Source: Dehalococcoidia bacterium (GTDB taxonomy: Bacteria > Chloroflexota > Dehalococcoidia > Lucifugimonadales > Lucifugimonadaceae). From it: a stretch of 64,000 bases of DNA. Below, piece after piece: positions 18,819-28,980 of the stretch (its first letter is position 1; the number at the start of each line of letters is the position of its first letter). Below the pieces are notes generated by a model that was given only the letters and a program-made list of their open reading frames with translations, made no database searches and was not told the DNA's origin. The position numbers and the translations under genes were made by a program. The DNA is taken from assembly GCA_963664695.1 (NCBI GenBank), contig OY761543.1, forward strand, positions 957,799 through 1,021,798. The letters run 5' to 3'.

Positions 18819-20189
18819 ATGGTAATCAACGCGCTCCTTATCTGCGGCGCCCTGCTCGGCAGCGCCTTCATATCGGCCGCCGAATCTGCGCTCCTCAGCG
18901 CCCGACCCTCGCATATTCAGCACTTGGCCGAAAACGGCGACCGCCGAGCCAATGCCGTCATGCGCGTCCTCGAACGGCACGAAAACTTCTTCGCCACCAT
19001 CCTCCTCGTAGGTAATCTCTTCAACGTCCTGGTCGCAACCGCCTCCACGAGTCTCATCATCAACTCCATCGGCCACGGCGAAAACACTGTCCTTACCACG
19101 ATCATCTCCACCGCCGTCGCGACCGTCATGGTCTACGTCGTCGGTGAACTGACCCCGAAAACCCTCGGCGCACTCGCACCTGAAACATGGTCCCTTGCTG
19201 TCGCCCACATCATCCTAGCGATCATGACCGCGTCCAAACCGATCGTATGGGTATTCACTCTCCTGCCCCGCGGCCTGCTCCGCGTCTTCGGCGTGTCCGG
19301 ATTCGACGCCCGGCCTGGCTACACACAAGGAGAACTTAGCCTCATCATCGATCAAAGCCAAGAACAAGGACTCTTCGACGATACCCATGGCGAGATGCTC
19401 GACAACTTAATCGACTTCGGTGCCCGCGATCTTCGCGACCATCGCGTGCGCGTCCACACCAGTCAAATCGTATGGCTCAACGAAAACGACACCCTCCGAA
19501 TCTTCCTGCGAAAATACCGCGAACACGTAGACGACGTCAGTGCGACTGCAGAGCCCCATCGAACCCAACCCGGATTCGTAATCCAACGAGGCGAACCACT
19601 TCGCACGGGCTACTGGTACGATCTCGATCAACTTGTCGGTGCCATTTACGCCAACGACGTAATGAAATTCATCGCCGAAGGCGGCGATGACGAACTCGAC
19701 ACCAGAGTTACCGAACTCATGCGTACCGACATCCTCGTCCTCGCAGACACCACGAAACTGGACGACCTCTTCACCGAGATGATCCGGACCGAGCAATACC
19801 TGGCCGTTGCACACAATGAGGAGAAACGCATCAACGGACTCGTCACACTCAACGGCCTTCTCGAGATGATGCGTGGTGACGACGACGACACTCTGGTCCT
19901 AGAGCAAAAAGCGGTCGAACGTCTCGACGACGACACGTACATCGTGCCCGGCGCGCTATCGGTCGAGCGAACCGAAGACGAAACCGGAATCGAAGTCCCT
20001 CCGAACGAAAGATACGAAACTATCGCTGGCTTTTTCATCGACAAAGCCCAACGCATGCCCGAGGTAGGGCAAAACACCACTTACGAAGACGAGATCTACA
20101 TGGAAGTACTCGCCATGAACGGAAACCGCATCGAACGTCTGAAAATCCAGAACATCGCGACGGATGTGACCACCGACCCAACCACCTAG
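18819..20189 (+). CDS. CNNM/CorC-HlyC family transporter-associated protein (DUF21 + CBS pair + CorC_HlyC)
   Basis: The 456-aa ORF has an N-terminal 4-TM DUF21 domain (AESALLS...), a central CBS-like region, and a C-terminal YIVPGALSVERTEDETGIEVP...ETIAGFFIDKAQRMPEVG. Confidence 0.8.
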   Translation: MVINALLICGALLGSAFISAAESALLSARPSHIQHLAENGDRRANAVMRVLERHENFFATILLVGNLFNVLVATASTSLIINSIGHGENTVLTTIISTAVATVMVYVVGELTPKTLGALAPETWSLAVAHIILAIMTASKPIVWVFTLLPRGLLRVFGVSGFDARPGYTQGELSLIIDQSQEQGLFDDTHGEMLDNLIDFGARDLRDHRVRVHTSQIVWLNENDTLRIFLRKYREHVDDVSATAEPHRTQPGFVIQRGEPLRTGYWYDLDQLVGAIYANDVMKFIAEGGDDELDTRVTELMRTDILVLADTTKLDDLFTEMIRTEQYLAVAHNEEKRINGLVTLNGLLEMMRGDDDDTLVLEQKAVERLDDDTYIVPGALSVERTEDETGIEVPPNERYETIAGFFIDKAQRMPEVGQNTTYEDEIYMEVLAMNGNRIERLKIQNIATDVTTDPTT

Positions 20190-20206
20190 CGCGCCTCCCA
20201 AGTCGC

Positions 20207-21661
20207 ATGCCAACTGAGCGAGACCAAAGCACATTCCTACGACAACTTGAGGCGGGAATATCAAAAACACGCATCGAGCCTAATGACTCGATTATCTGCG
20301 CGATTTCCGGTGGCATCGATTCAACCGCGCTCCTCCTTGGTCTCCTCCGCCTTCCTAATCGATACAAATCGCTCACCGCCGCGCATTACAATCATCGCGC
20401 GCGCGGCAATGATTCCGAACAAGACGAACAGTTCGTCCGTGATCTCTGCACCCAACTCGACATACCGCTAATCGTTGGACGCGCCGAACAGGGTACCGAT
20501 CGCCTAGATGAGAACACCGCGCGCCGTCTCAGATACGAGTTCCTCACCGAGACCGCCGAACGTATCGACGCCGACGCCGTAGCCGTAGCCCACACCACCG
20601 ACGACCAAGCGGAGACTATCCTGCTTCGTTTGGCCCGTGGTGCCGGAATCCGTGGTGCCGGCGGCATGAATCATCGACGATCAATCACGATCAAAACAGG
20701 CCGCAAAATCGTCGTCGCTAGGCCAATGTTGCAGATCACACGGCATCAAGCGGATCGATTCCTAAATGCCCTGCATATCACCGCCCGGCACGACGCATCA
20801 AACGACGATTGGTCCAGTTACGCCCGGAACCGGATTCGCTATCGCGTAATCCCCGAACTCAAAACATTGAACCCGCAAGCCATTTCGGCGATCGTCAGAT
20901 TCGCCGAGATTATGCAAAGCAATACCGACCTGATCGATAAGCTCGCTGACCAGGCACTACATCACGCCTCCACGAGTCACCCAAACACCCTACTCCGCAT
21001 CCCCGTCGCCGATTCACACTCCATCGTCGCCGCCGAAGTCCTCGCCAAAATGTACCGAACTATTGCCGAACCAGAAACGCAGCTGGAACAGACTCACGTC
21101 GACAAAATGCTCAACCTACTCTCATATGGCAAGTCCGCCAAGTACAACTTGCCGGATGAAGTCGTATTCTGGACCGACCATCGCCACATCGGTATGGCGC
21201 GCGCGGCGGATCGAGCTGATGACATCGTCCCCTACCCTAACGCCATCGCACAACCGATAACACTCCCGTTGCCAGGTCAAGCCGACTTGGGCAACGGATA
21301 CACCATCACATCCGATATCTCCACGCCGCCTCGTGGGTTTCACGAAACCACCGATGACGAAGCGTGGTTAAACCGCGACGAGTTGTCAACAGGTAGTCTT
21401 TACATTCGCAATCGCAAAGAGTCCGATCGCTTCCACCCACTCGGCATGAGTAATGATGTCGACCTCTCAGATTTCCTCATCAACTCGAAAATCGCTTCGT
21501 CGTGGCGCGATCGCATCCCGATTGTCGTCTCGCCTGCCGGTCGGCAGATCGTTTGGTTGCCGGGTATCAGGATCGCCGACTGGGCGAAGCTAACCACCAG
21601 AAACTCGACGGCGGTGCACCTAACATTCCGGCGAAACTTGGTTCCGTCGATTGAAGACTGA
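20207..21661 (+). CDS. tilS: tRNA(Ile)-lysidine synthase TilS
   Basis: The 484-aa ORF has the PP-loop AISGGIDSTALLL, HYNHRARG, and a TilS C-terminal domain (RNRKESDRFHPLGM). Confidence 0.88.
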   Translation: MPTERDQSTFLRQLEAGISKTRIEPNDSIICAISGGIDSTALLLGLLRLPNRYKSLTAAHYNHRARGNDSEQDEQFVRDLCTQLDIPLIVGRAEQGTDRLDENTARRLRYEFLTETAERIDADAVAVAHTTDDQAETILLRLARGAGIRGAGGMNHRRSITIKTGRKIVVARPMLQITRHQADRFLNALHITARHDASNDDWSSYARNRIRYRVIPELKTLNPQAISAIVRFAEIMQSNTDLIDKLADQALHHASTSHPNTLLRIPVADSHSIVAAEVLAKMYRTIAEPETQLEQTHVDKMLNLLSYGKSAKYNLPDEVVFWTDHRHIGMARAADRADDIVPYPNAIAQPITLPLPGQADLGNGYTITSDISTPPRGFHETTDDEAWLNRDELSTGSLYIRNRKESDRFHPLGMSNDVDLSDFLINSKIASSWRDRIPIVVSPAGRQIVWLPGIRIADWAKLTTRNSTAVHLTFRRNLVPSIED

Positions 21662-21672
21662 AACGAACTGAA

Positions 21673-22695
21673 TCAGCTCAGTTCGCGTTGCAACATTCGG
21701 TGGTTCTCGACGCGCCCGGGGGCCATCCCACGCGGTGCCACCGCCCGCCCGTCGATCTCTTTGATCGCCCCTTCAACCGGTGCAGGTCGCGCCGCCGCGA
21801 TGTATCGTCCCACCACGTAGAGCCCAACTTCCACACCCGAGGCCCGATAATCTCGGATCGATTCCGGCGTCAACTCGCCGGCGACGTAGATGTCGACAGA
21901 GCCGAAGCCAGCATCCGTCAGTCGGGCCTTCAACTCCTTCGCCAAATCTGGTGAACCACCGCCGAGATTGGCAGGGACGCTCACCTTCACGCCACGTAGC
22001 GGGTTACTTGTACCCCCGCTCAACGCATACGCGGCGTCCAGAGCCTCCTGGATCGTGTCGCCCGAAGTGGGAACGGGCATCACTCGTTGTGCACCCAACC
22101 TGCTATGCCGGTCATAAACCGTCATCGCACGGTCGGCCGCGCCCCAGATCAAGACAAAGTCATGCGGCATCGATCCCTGAGGAACCGTCGCAGTGCGCTC
22201 GCCGCCTTTTTGAGTAGATACTGCGGCACACCCTCCGACATAGGCCGAATATTCCATCGAATCGACAACATCGGGATGAATGAATGGCGATCCACTGACC
22301 ATGACGCGCGTTTCACCAGCGGCTTGCACGCATTCGTGTGCCGCCGTCGCCCACCCGATACTCGAAGCGAATATCCCGGTGATCACGTCGCGATACATGC
22401 CGAACGCTGCATAAGGCCCAACGACACGCAGGATCGTCTCGTCGTCTTTGATTTCATCGCCATCGGAAAGCGAATACACTGCAGAACTAGAAACCGGCAG
22501 TCGGGCTCTGAGGAACGGCAAAACCTCGTTCACTCCGGATAACACACCTGTCGCGCCCGCATAGACCTCGAAAACCACGATCGGATTGCGCTGCTCGGTT
22601 CTGAGAATCGCCTGGGCGTGGTGATAGTCAATCGAAACCGTCGCGCCACGCAATGTCGGCGACGAAAGTTCAAGCTCTTCGGATGGCGTTAGCAT
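21673..22695 (-). CDS. Type II phosphoribosyltransferase family protein (nicotinate/quinolinate PRTase-like)
   Basis: The 340-aa ORF has GSMPHDF (compare GTMPHA in NAPRTases) and a TIM-barrel-like C-terminal half. The assignment is by resemblance only. Confidence 0.5.
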   Translation of the reverse strand: MLTPSEELELSSPTLRGATVSIDYHHAQAILRTEQRNPIVVFEVYAGATGVLSGVNEVLPFLRARLPVSSSAVYSLSDGDEIKDDETILRVVGPYAAFGMYRDVITGIFASSIGWATAAHECVQAAGETRVMVSGSPFIHPDVVDSMEYSAYVGGCAAVSTQKGGERTATVPQGSMPHDFVLIWGAADRAMTVYDRHSRLGAQRVMPVPTSGDTIQEALDAAYALSGGTSNPLRGVKVSVPANLGGGSPDLAKELKARLTDAGFGSVDIYVAGELTPESIRDYRASGVEVGLYVVGRYIAAARPAPVEGAIKEIDGRAVAPRGMAPGRVENHRMLQRELS

Positions 22696-22788
22696 CGCAG
22701 AAAATTATCGTTTCCTCAAATCAGTGCAAGGTTACATCAGGAAGTTTTCAACTACCGCGTATTGCTACTAATCACATCGATCGAACGG

Positions 22789-23526
22789 CTAGTTGCGCTT
22801 AACATCGGCGGGTGAAAAACGCACCCTCAACAAGCCTTTTATGTCTTCGCTCGCGGTTGAAACGATGCGGACCCGCGTGTCTGGATCGTCGATCCAGTGG
22901 ACTGGGATCTCTTTGATCCGATATCCGGCCCGAAGACTTAACAACAGCAACTCAGTGTCGAAAAACCAACCATGGTTTTCGACATGAGGCACAACGTTGT
23001 CCGCCACTTCTCGAGATACCGCCTTGAAACCGCATTGCGCGTCTCGGAACGTTTTCCTAGGGAACATCAATCGGATCAACGCATTGTAGGCCCTTGACAC
23101 AATTTCGCGTTTCAAGGTTCGCCCCTCCACACGCGACTGCGGCAACAGTCGCGATCCGATCGCCACGCCGTATCCTTCCTTAGCGATCGCTTCAACCAGT
23201 GGTCCGAGCGATTCCAAACGCGTTGAGAGGTCGACATCCATAAAACATCGGACATCCGCGGAACTCTCCAACCACGCTTTTTTCAGAGCTCTACCTCGAC
23301 CACGTTGTTCAAGCCGCGTCAATCTAACGTTTGGGTACCGGCTCGACAATTGACGCCCGACCTCCGGCGTTGCATCTTGGGAACCGTTGTCTGCAATTGT
23401 GATGTTCCAGTTCCAGTCGTCTGCGAAACTACTGGTCAGATGCTCATCCAATGTCGCGATACAACGGGGCAGAGAATGCTCCTCGTTCAGCACCGGGATG
23501 ATTATGTCGACTGATATCTTGGACAC
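22789..23526 (-). CDS. Family 2 glycosyltransferase (polyprenol/dolichol-phosphate glycosyltransferase-like)
   Basis: The 245-aa ORF has IIIPVLNEE, IADNGSQD, the DxD-like MDVDLS, and the C-terminal HWIDDPDTRV that is typical of the Dpm/Alg5-like GT2 group. Confidence 0.8.
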   Translation of the reverse strand: MSKISVDIIIPVLNEEHSLPRCIATLDEHLTSSFADDWNWNITIADNGSQDATPEVGRQLSSRYPNVRLTRLEQRGRGRALKKAWLESSADVRCFMDVDLSTRLESLGPLVEAIAKEGYGVAIGSRLLPQSRVEGRTLKREIVSRAYNALIRLMFPRKTFRDAQCGFKAVSREVADNVVPHVENHGWFFDTELLLLSLRAGYRIKEIPVHWIDDPDTRVRIVSTASEDIKGLLRVRFSPADVKRN

Positions 23527-23553
23527 GTTGATCTGAATCTGCCACCCGATCTA

Positions 23554-25104
23554 TCAATGATAGAAATGTCGGCGTCCTGTAAAGACCATCGTCATTTCTA
23601 ACTCGTTGGCAACATCGATCACTGCTTGATCATTCAATGAACCACCCGGTTGCACAACCGCTCTCACACCACCCTTCGCCGCCAACTCGACCGCGTCCGG
23701 AAATGGGAAAAACGCGTCCGACGCCATCGCCGCTCCTGAAGAATCAACTCCTGCTACGCCGGTTGCCAGATTGACGCTGGTCACTCGGTTGGGTTGACCC
23801 GCGCCCATTCCGACGAGCGCGCGATTCTTCGCCAAAACAATCGCATTGGACTTCACAAATTTACACGCGCGCCACGCGAACCGTAGATCAACCTCCTCTT
23901 CGCGACTCGGCACACGCTCGGTCACCACTTGGAAGTCTTGAAACGCGTCGCCTGCGAGGTTGTCCGGTTCTTGCACCAGCGCGCCGCCGGCAACCGATCT
24001 CACCTCTAACATCGCCGAGGAGTCATCGTCTACTTTCAAAACCCGCGTTCGTCGCCGCCTTCGCAGAATCTCCAACGCCTCATCGTCGTAATCTGGCGCA
24101 ATCACCACGTCCAGCAACAATCCCCTCATCTTGTCCGCGGTTTCGCTGTTCAACGGCTCACTGAAGGCGACGATACCACCGAACGCTGACACGGGATCAC
24201 CCAATCTGGCCGCTTCCCAGGCGTCGATCTGATGGTCGCGGACCGCCAACCCACACGGATTTGCGTGCTTGACCACTACCGCAGCGTGTTTGTCGGATTC
24301 CGCGAATTCGCGCGCGACTGACCACGCCGCATCCGCATCGAAATAGTTCAGGTAGGACATTTCAATGCCGTGCAGCTGCTCCGCGTTTACCACTCCTCCA
24401 GTCGCGCCGGGCAGAGAATAGATCGCGGCTTTTTGATGTGGATTTTCACCGTAGCGAGGTGTGGCAACCAACGAGTAGCCAAAGGTAATCTCTTCAGGCA
24501 ACTCAACCGTGCCGCCATCTTCTCGGAGATATCCCGCGATCGCCGTATCGTACGCCGCGACGTGTTGAAAAGCCTTCGCAGCCAAACGGCGACGTTCCCG
24601 CGGTGTCACAGCGTCGTCCCGGATCATACTCCCTACGCGTTCGTAGTCGTTGGGGTCAACCACGATCAAGACGTCGGGATGATTCTTAGCCGCCGCCCGG
24701 GTCATGGCGGGGCCGCCGATGTCAATGTTCTCCAAGGCGTCGGACAAAGATACGCCCTTGGTTCGAACAGTTTCGACGAATGGATAGAGATTGTTCACGA
24801 CAACATCGATGTTTCGGATCCCAAGTTGCGCCATTTGGCGAACGTGATTCTCGTCGTCACGTAACCCTAGCAATCCCCCGTGAATCTTCGGATGCAGAGT
24901 CTTGACGCGGCCGTCCAAAATCTCCGGCGCACCGGTAAGTTCAGATACCTCAATAACCCTGATCCCAGCGGCGCGCAAATCAGCGGCCGTCCCGCCGGTA
25001 GACACCACCTCATAATCGCAGTCGACGAGCAACTTGGCGAAACTTACCAACCCGCGCCGGTCATACGCGCTCAACAACGCAACTTTTTTAACAGAATCGG
25101 ACAT
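23554..25104 (-). CDS. purH: Bifunctional AICAR transformylase / IMP cyclohydrolase PurH
   Basis: The 516-aa ORF has an MGS-like N-terminus (ALLSAYDRRGLV...), KTLHPKIHGG, and a C-terminal FTGRRHFYH. Confidence 0.95.
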   Translation of the reverse strand: MSDSVKKVALLSAYDRRGLVSFAKLLVDCDYEVVSTGGTAADLRAAGIRVIEVSELTGAPEILDGRVKTLHPKIHGGLLGLRDDENHVRQMAQLGIRNIDVVVNNLYPFVETVRTKGVSLSDALENIDIGGPAMTRAAAKNHPDVLIVVDPNDYERVGSMIRDDAVTPRERRRLAAKAFQHVAAYDTAIAGYLREDGGTVELPEEITFGYSLVATPRYGENPHQKAAIYSLPGATGGVVNAEQLHGIEMSYLNYFDADAAWSVAREFAESDKHAAVVVKHANPCGLAVRDHQIDAWEAARLGDPVSAFGGIVAFSEPLNSETADKMRGLLLDVVIAPDYDDEALEILRRRRRTRVLKVDDDSSAMLEVRSVAGGALVQEPDNLAGDAFQDFQVVTERVPSREEEVDLRFAWRACKFVKSNAIVLAKNRALVGMGAGQPNRVTSVNLATGVAGVDSSGAAMASDAFFPFPDAVELAAKGGVRAVVQPGGSLNDQAVIDVANELEMTMVFTGRRHFYH

Positions 25105-25151
25105 TTCACCCCGTTAGATCGCCAATCTGAATCACATAAATTTCGAACCGA

Positions 25152-26183
25152 TCAGACGCGCCACTCTACCCGATCACCCGCACCATCGTATTCAATCGTT
25201 TCACCGATAACCCAAGCATCGCTCAATTCGGTCAACAGAAATTCGGCGTGACTAGGAGCCACGCAAACAACCATGCCAACTCCCATGTTGAAAACGTTGA
25301 ACATCTCCTCGTCTTCGATGTTCCCATGTTTTTTGATGTAGGCGAAAAGCGGTGGCGATGACCATGTGCTCGCATCAAGAACAGCCCCGACATTTGGGGC
25401 CAAAGCCCGTGGAACGTTCTTCGCAAAACTGCCGCCAGTTATATGACCCATGCTCTTCACGGTGCCCAAAAACGGTTGCAGCTGTTTCAAATAAGATCGG
25501 TGCGGTTCTAACAGCGCTTCGCCCAACGTTTGGTGGCTCCCCGGCAAGATGTCGCGCAGCGCACTCGGATCATCGTCTGTATTGAAGATCGACCTCACCA
25601 ACGAGTATCCGTTGGTGTGCAAACCGCTTGACGGCAGACCAATGAGTACGTCACCTGCCACCGTCGTTTCAGGCCGCAACAGATTTTCACGCTTCACTCG
25701 GCCGACGATGAATCCAACCAAGTCGTAGTCATCGCCGTGATAGATTCCGGGCAACGATGCCGTCTCTCCGCCGATCAGAGCGCAATCATTTTCGACGCAT
25801 GCCGTGGCAACGCCCGTCAACAATTGAGCGATTAAATCATCATCGTATCCATCGAGTCCGATGTAGTCCAGGAAATACATCGGTTCGGCGCCGGCTGGCA
25901 AGATGTCGTTGACGCAGTGGTTAACGATGTCAACGCCGACCGTGTCGTGCCGTCCCATAGCTTGGGCGATCCTCAACTTGGTTCCGACCGAATCAGTGCT
26001 GGAAACCGTCAGATATTCGCTATTCGGATCGACGTCGAAAATCCCGCCGAATCCTCCCGGTGCCGACACTACGCCGCGCCCATAAGTCGATTTCGCGATA
26101 TCGCTGATGCGGAGTTTTGCGCGTGCCGCGGCGTTCAAATCTACGCCGGCTGCCGCATAAGCACTAGCTGATACGTTCTTCAT
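25152..26183 (-). CDS. purM: Phosphoribosylformylglycinamidine cyclo-ligase (AIR synthetase) PurM
   Basis: The 343-aa ORF has GGFGGIFD, TDSVGTKL and GETASLPG motifs. Confidence 0.93.
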   Translation of the reverse strand: MKNVSASAYAAAGVDLNAAARAKLRISDIAKSTYGRGVVSAPGGFGGIFDVDPNSEYLTVSSTDSVGTKLRIAQAMGRHDTVGVDIVNHCVNDILPAGAEPMYFLDYIGLDGYDDDLIAQLLTGVATACVENDCALIGGETASLPGIYHGDDYDLVGFIVGRVKRENLLRPETTVAGDVLIGLPSSGLHTNGYSLVRSIFNTDDDPSALRDILPGSHQTLGEALLEPHRSYLKQLQPFLGTVKSMGHITGGSFAKNVPRALAPNVGAVLDASTWSSPPLFAYIKKHGNIEDEEMFNVFNMGVGMVVCVAPSHAEFLLTELSDAWVIGETIEYDGAGDRVEWRV

Positions 26184-26189
26184 CCGCGA

Positions 26190-27689
26190 TCAGGCGACAC
26201 CGGCTGGCTCAGCGGCCAACCGATCCATGCGTAACTTATCCATCTCAAGTTGGACGTCAATTGGATATTTGCCGGTGAAGCACCCGCGACAATACTCGTT
26301 CCGACCAGCCGAAACCGCTTGTTCCAACCCTTGCAAACTCAAATACTTCAGACTGTCTGCACCGATGATTTCGCAAATTTCGTCCACGGTGTAGTTGGCG
26401 GCGATGAGCTGATCCAAAGTCGCCATGTCAACTCCGAAATGGCACGTCGACTTAATCGGCGGGGCAGCTACTCTTACGTGCACCTCTTTGGCGCCTGCGT
26501 CGCGCAACATCTTGACGACGTGCCTGATCGTGGTGCTACGGACGATCGTGTCGTCGACGACCACGATCCGCTTACCGTTGATCACCTGTTTCATGGCGTT
26601 GAACTTAGTTCGGACGCCGATTTCCCGCATGTATTGGTCCGGTTGGATGAATGTCCTGCCGACGTATCGGTTTTTTACCAATCCCTCTGCATATGGGATA
26701 TTGGCAGCAGCAGCGTAGCCCACCGCGTGAGGCGTCGATGAGTCCGGGATGCCAATAACGAGGTCCGCTTCGATTGGTTCTTCGTTGTAGGCGATTTCAC
26801 CCATCCTCATCCGATTTTCGTAAGCTAGGCTGCCATCAAGGATGCTGTCTGGACGGGCGAAGTAGATCTGCTCGAATATGCACATCTTGTGAGCAACCGA
26901 AGCCTTGGGCCACACCCAGGTTTCGATACCCTCACGATTGACGACGATGACTTCGCCAGGCTCCAACTCGCGCTCGAATTCAGCGCCTAAATTGTCAAGA
27001 GCTGCGGTCTCGGATGCGAATACCCAGCCACCGTCTAACCTCCCCAGACACAACGGACGGACACCGAGCGGGTCGCGGACCGCGATCAACTCGTGCTTGG
27101 TCATCATGATCAGGGAGTAGGCGCCACTCAACATCGGCATCACTCGGTCCGAAACTTCGAACCAGTTGTCGCCAGGTGTCTTCGCGAACAACTCGGCAAT
27201 CACCTCGCTGTCGGAGGTACCAGTGAAAACGCTGTTGTACTGCTCTCGGCAGTATTCGCGCAGAGGGAGCGCGTTGATCACATTGCCGTTGTGTCCCAAC
27301 GCGATCGCGCCTCGGGGTCCGTAAGCCAGAAGCGGCTGTGCGTTTTGGCGACGGTTCGATCCAGTGGTCGAGTATCTGGTATGGGCGATGGCCAAGTGCC
27401 CACGCAAGTCTTGTAGATCTTGTTCTTCAAAGACTTGCGAGACCAACCCCACTTCTGCCGTAACTCCCAGAGAGGAGCCATTCGATGATGCGATGCCCGC
27501 GCTTTCCTGCCCGCGGTGCTGAAGTGCAAAGATTCCGAAGAACGCAGCTCGGGCCGCTTCGTGCCCTGGGGTATATGCACCGAAGATACCGCAGGCCTCC
27601 CGCGGTTTATCGTCGCTGGCAGCAACGTATTCGGTCTCGTGTTTTAGTGAATCACGCAAGTCCGGTGCAGTAGCAACGTGGCGCAACAT
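26190..27689 (-). CDS. purF: Amidophosphoribosyltransferase PurF
   Basis: The 499-aa ORF has the Ntn cysteine in a CGIFG context, the PRPP loop VVVDDTIVRSTT, and C-terminal cysteines of the Fe-S-cluster type (CHFGV...CRGCF). Confidence 0.95.
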   Translation of the reverse strand: MLRHVATAPDLRDSLKHETEYVAASDDKPREACGIFGAYTPGHEAARAAFFGIFALQHRGQESAGIASSNGSSLGVTAEVGLVSQVFEEQDLQDLRGHLAIAHTRYSTTGSNRRQNAQPLLAYGPRGAIALGHNGNVINALPLREYCREQYNSVFTGTSDSEVIAELFAKTPGDNWFEVSDRVMPMLSGAYSLIMMTKHELIAVRDPLGVRPLCLGRLDGGWVFASETAALDNLGAEFERELEPGEVIVVNREGIETWVWPKASVAHKMCIFEQIYFARPDSILDGSLAYENRMRMGEIAYNEEPIEADLVIGIPDSSTPHAVGYAAAANIPYAEGLVKNRYVGRTFIQPDQYMREIGVRTKFNAMKQVINGKRIVVVDDTIVRSTTIRHVVKMLRDAGAKEVHVRVAAPPIKSTCHFGVDMATLDQLIAANYTVDEICEIIGADSLKYLSLQGLEQAVSAGRNEYCRGCFTGKYPIDVQLEMDKLRMDRLAAEPAGVA

Positions 27690-27776
27690 CCGAGTGCAAA
27701 CTCACCATCAACGGTGCACGTGCTAGTTCCATGTTAAATGCGATTCACACACCGCGCCCATTCCGCGATCCATAAC

Positions 27777-28772
27777 TCACACCGGCGGAACAACCCACTC
27801 CGGTTCCTCGCCACGAGCCACGCGGGCTACGTTGGCGAGCGCATAAGCAGTTGCGTTGTGCTCCGATTCCAATGCCCGGGTGGCCAAATGCGGCGTGACA
27901 ACCACGTTGGGAAGATTCGGAAGATCGTTATCGGGCTCAATCGGCTCCACCTCCGTCACATCCAAACCAGCTCCGAAAATCTGCCCGTCTCGCAATGCAC
28001 GTTTCAGCGCCGCTTCATCCACCACCGGGCCACGACATGTGTTGACCAAAATTGCGGTGTTTTTCATCAAGGAGAACTCTCGGTCAGATATCATGTGCCG
28101 CGTCGTTCGCTCGAGCGGAACGTGGAGGCTCACGATGTCACATGTCTCCAACAATTCATCCAGTTCAACAAACTTAGCTCCCGCCGCCTCAACGTATTGA
28201 TCGTCGTAATCCACGACGTCGTTATAGACGACCTCACACTCCCATCCTTGCAACCGTTTGGCGACTCTAGACCCGATACGACCCAGGCCGACGATACCGA
28301 TCCGCTTTCCAACCAAGGTGTGAAACTCGGTGCGGTCACCGCCCACGCCTGCCATCCAAGTTCCATTCTTAACTGATTCGATCTGTCGATCAATCTTGCG
28401 CTCAACCGAGAGCATCAGTATCACTGCGTGTTCAGCAACCGCCACTGCGTTTGCGCCGCCGTTGTTCGAGACTGCCACACCGAGTTCAGCCAACGCTGCT
28501 TTGTCTAGCCAATCGGTGCCGGCGCTAAAGGTTTGGATCAAACGCAGGTTGCCCAATTTGGAGACAAATTCAGCGTCGAGCAAACCACGCCCACCTGCGG
28601 GTATCAACGCGACCGCGTCTTTGCACTCTTTCAACACGTCTTCGGGTGGTTGATTCGAATCTACGAACCGCAACTCGACGTCGGGATGCTTTTCCGCCTC
28701 CTCCAACATCTCAACGGTACGCGTTTCACCGCGCGCATCCTCTTTCGGAGCCAAAAGAACCACTACGGCCAT
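27777..28772 (-). CDS. D-isomer-specific 2-hydroxyacid dehydrogenase (glyoxylate/hydroxypyruvate reductase or PGDH-like)
   Basis: The 331-aa ORF has the NAD-binding loop GIVGLGRIGSRVAKRL and the catalytic region VNTCRGPVVDE...TPH. Confidence 0.85.
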   Translation of the reverse strand: MAVVVLLAPKEDARGETRTVEMLEEAEKHPDVELRFVDSNQPPEDVLKECKDAVALIPAGGRGLLDAEFVSKLGNLRLIQTFSAGTDWLDKAALAELGVAVSNNGGANAVAVAEHAVILMLSVERKIDRQIESVKNGTWMAGVGGDRTEFHTLVGKRIGIVGLGRIGSRVAKRLQGWECEVVYNDVVDYDDQYVEAAGAKFVELDELLETCDIVSLHVPLERTTRHMISDREFSLMKNTAILVNTCRGPVVDEAALKRALRDGQIFGAGLDVTEVEPIEPDNDLPNLPNVVVTPHLATRALESEHNATAYALANVARVARGEEPEWVVPPV

Positions 28773-28980
28773 CGTTTCAACGCTCTACTTTCTGTTCGTT
28801 TTTACGTCGCGTACTTTCAATGTTGTGCGAACAATTGCGCCCAACTGTCGCCACGAATAGCGCATTATACTAGTTTGGTAGCGCGTCATTTGACTTTCGC
28901 CCCTACTCGAGCCTACCGGCAAAGCGATAGTTTGAACCGCTCCTCCGTCTCCGAGAACATCGCCGCACGCATCCAAAACT

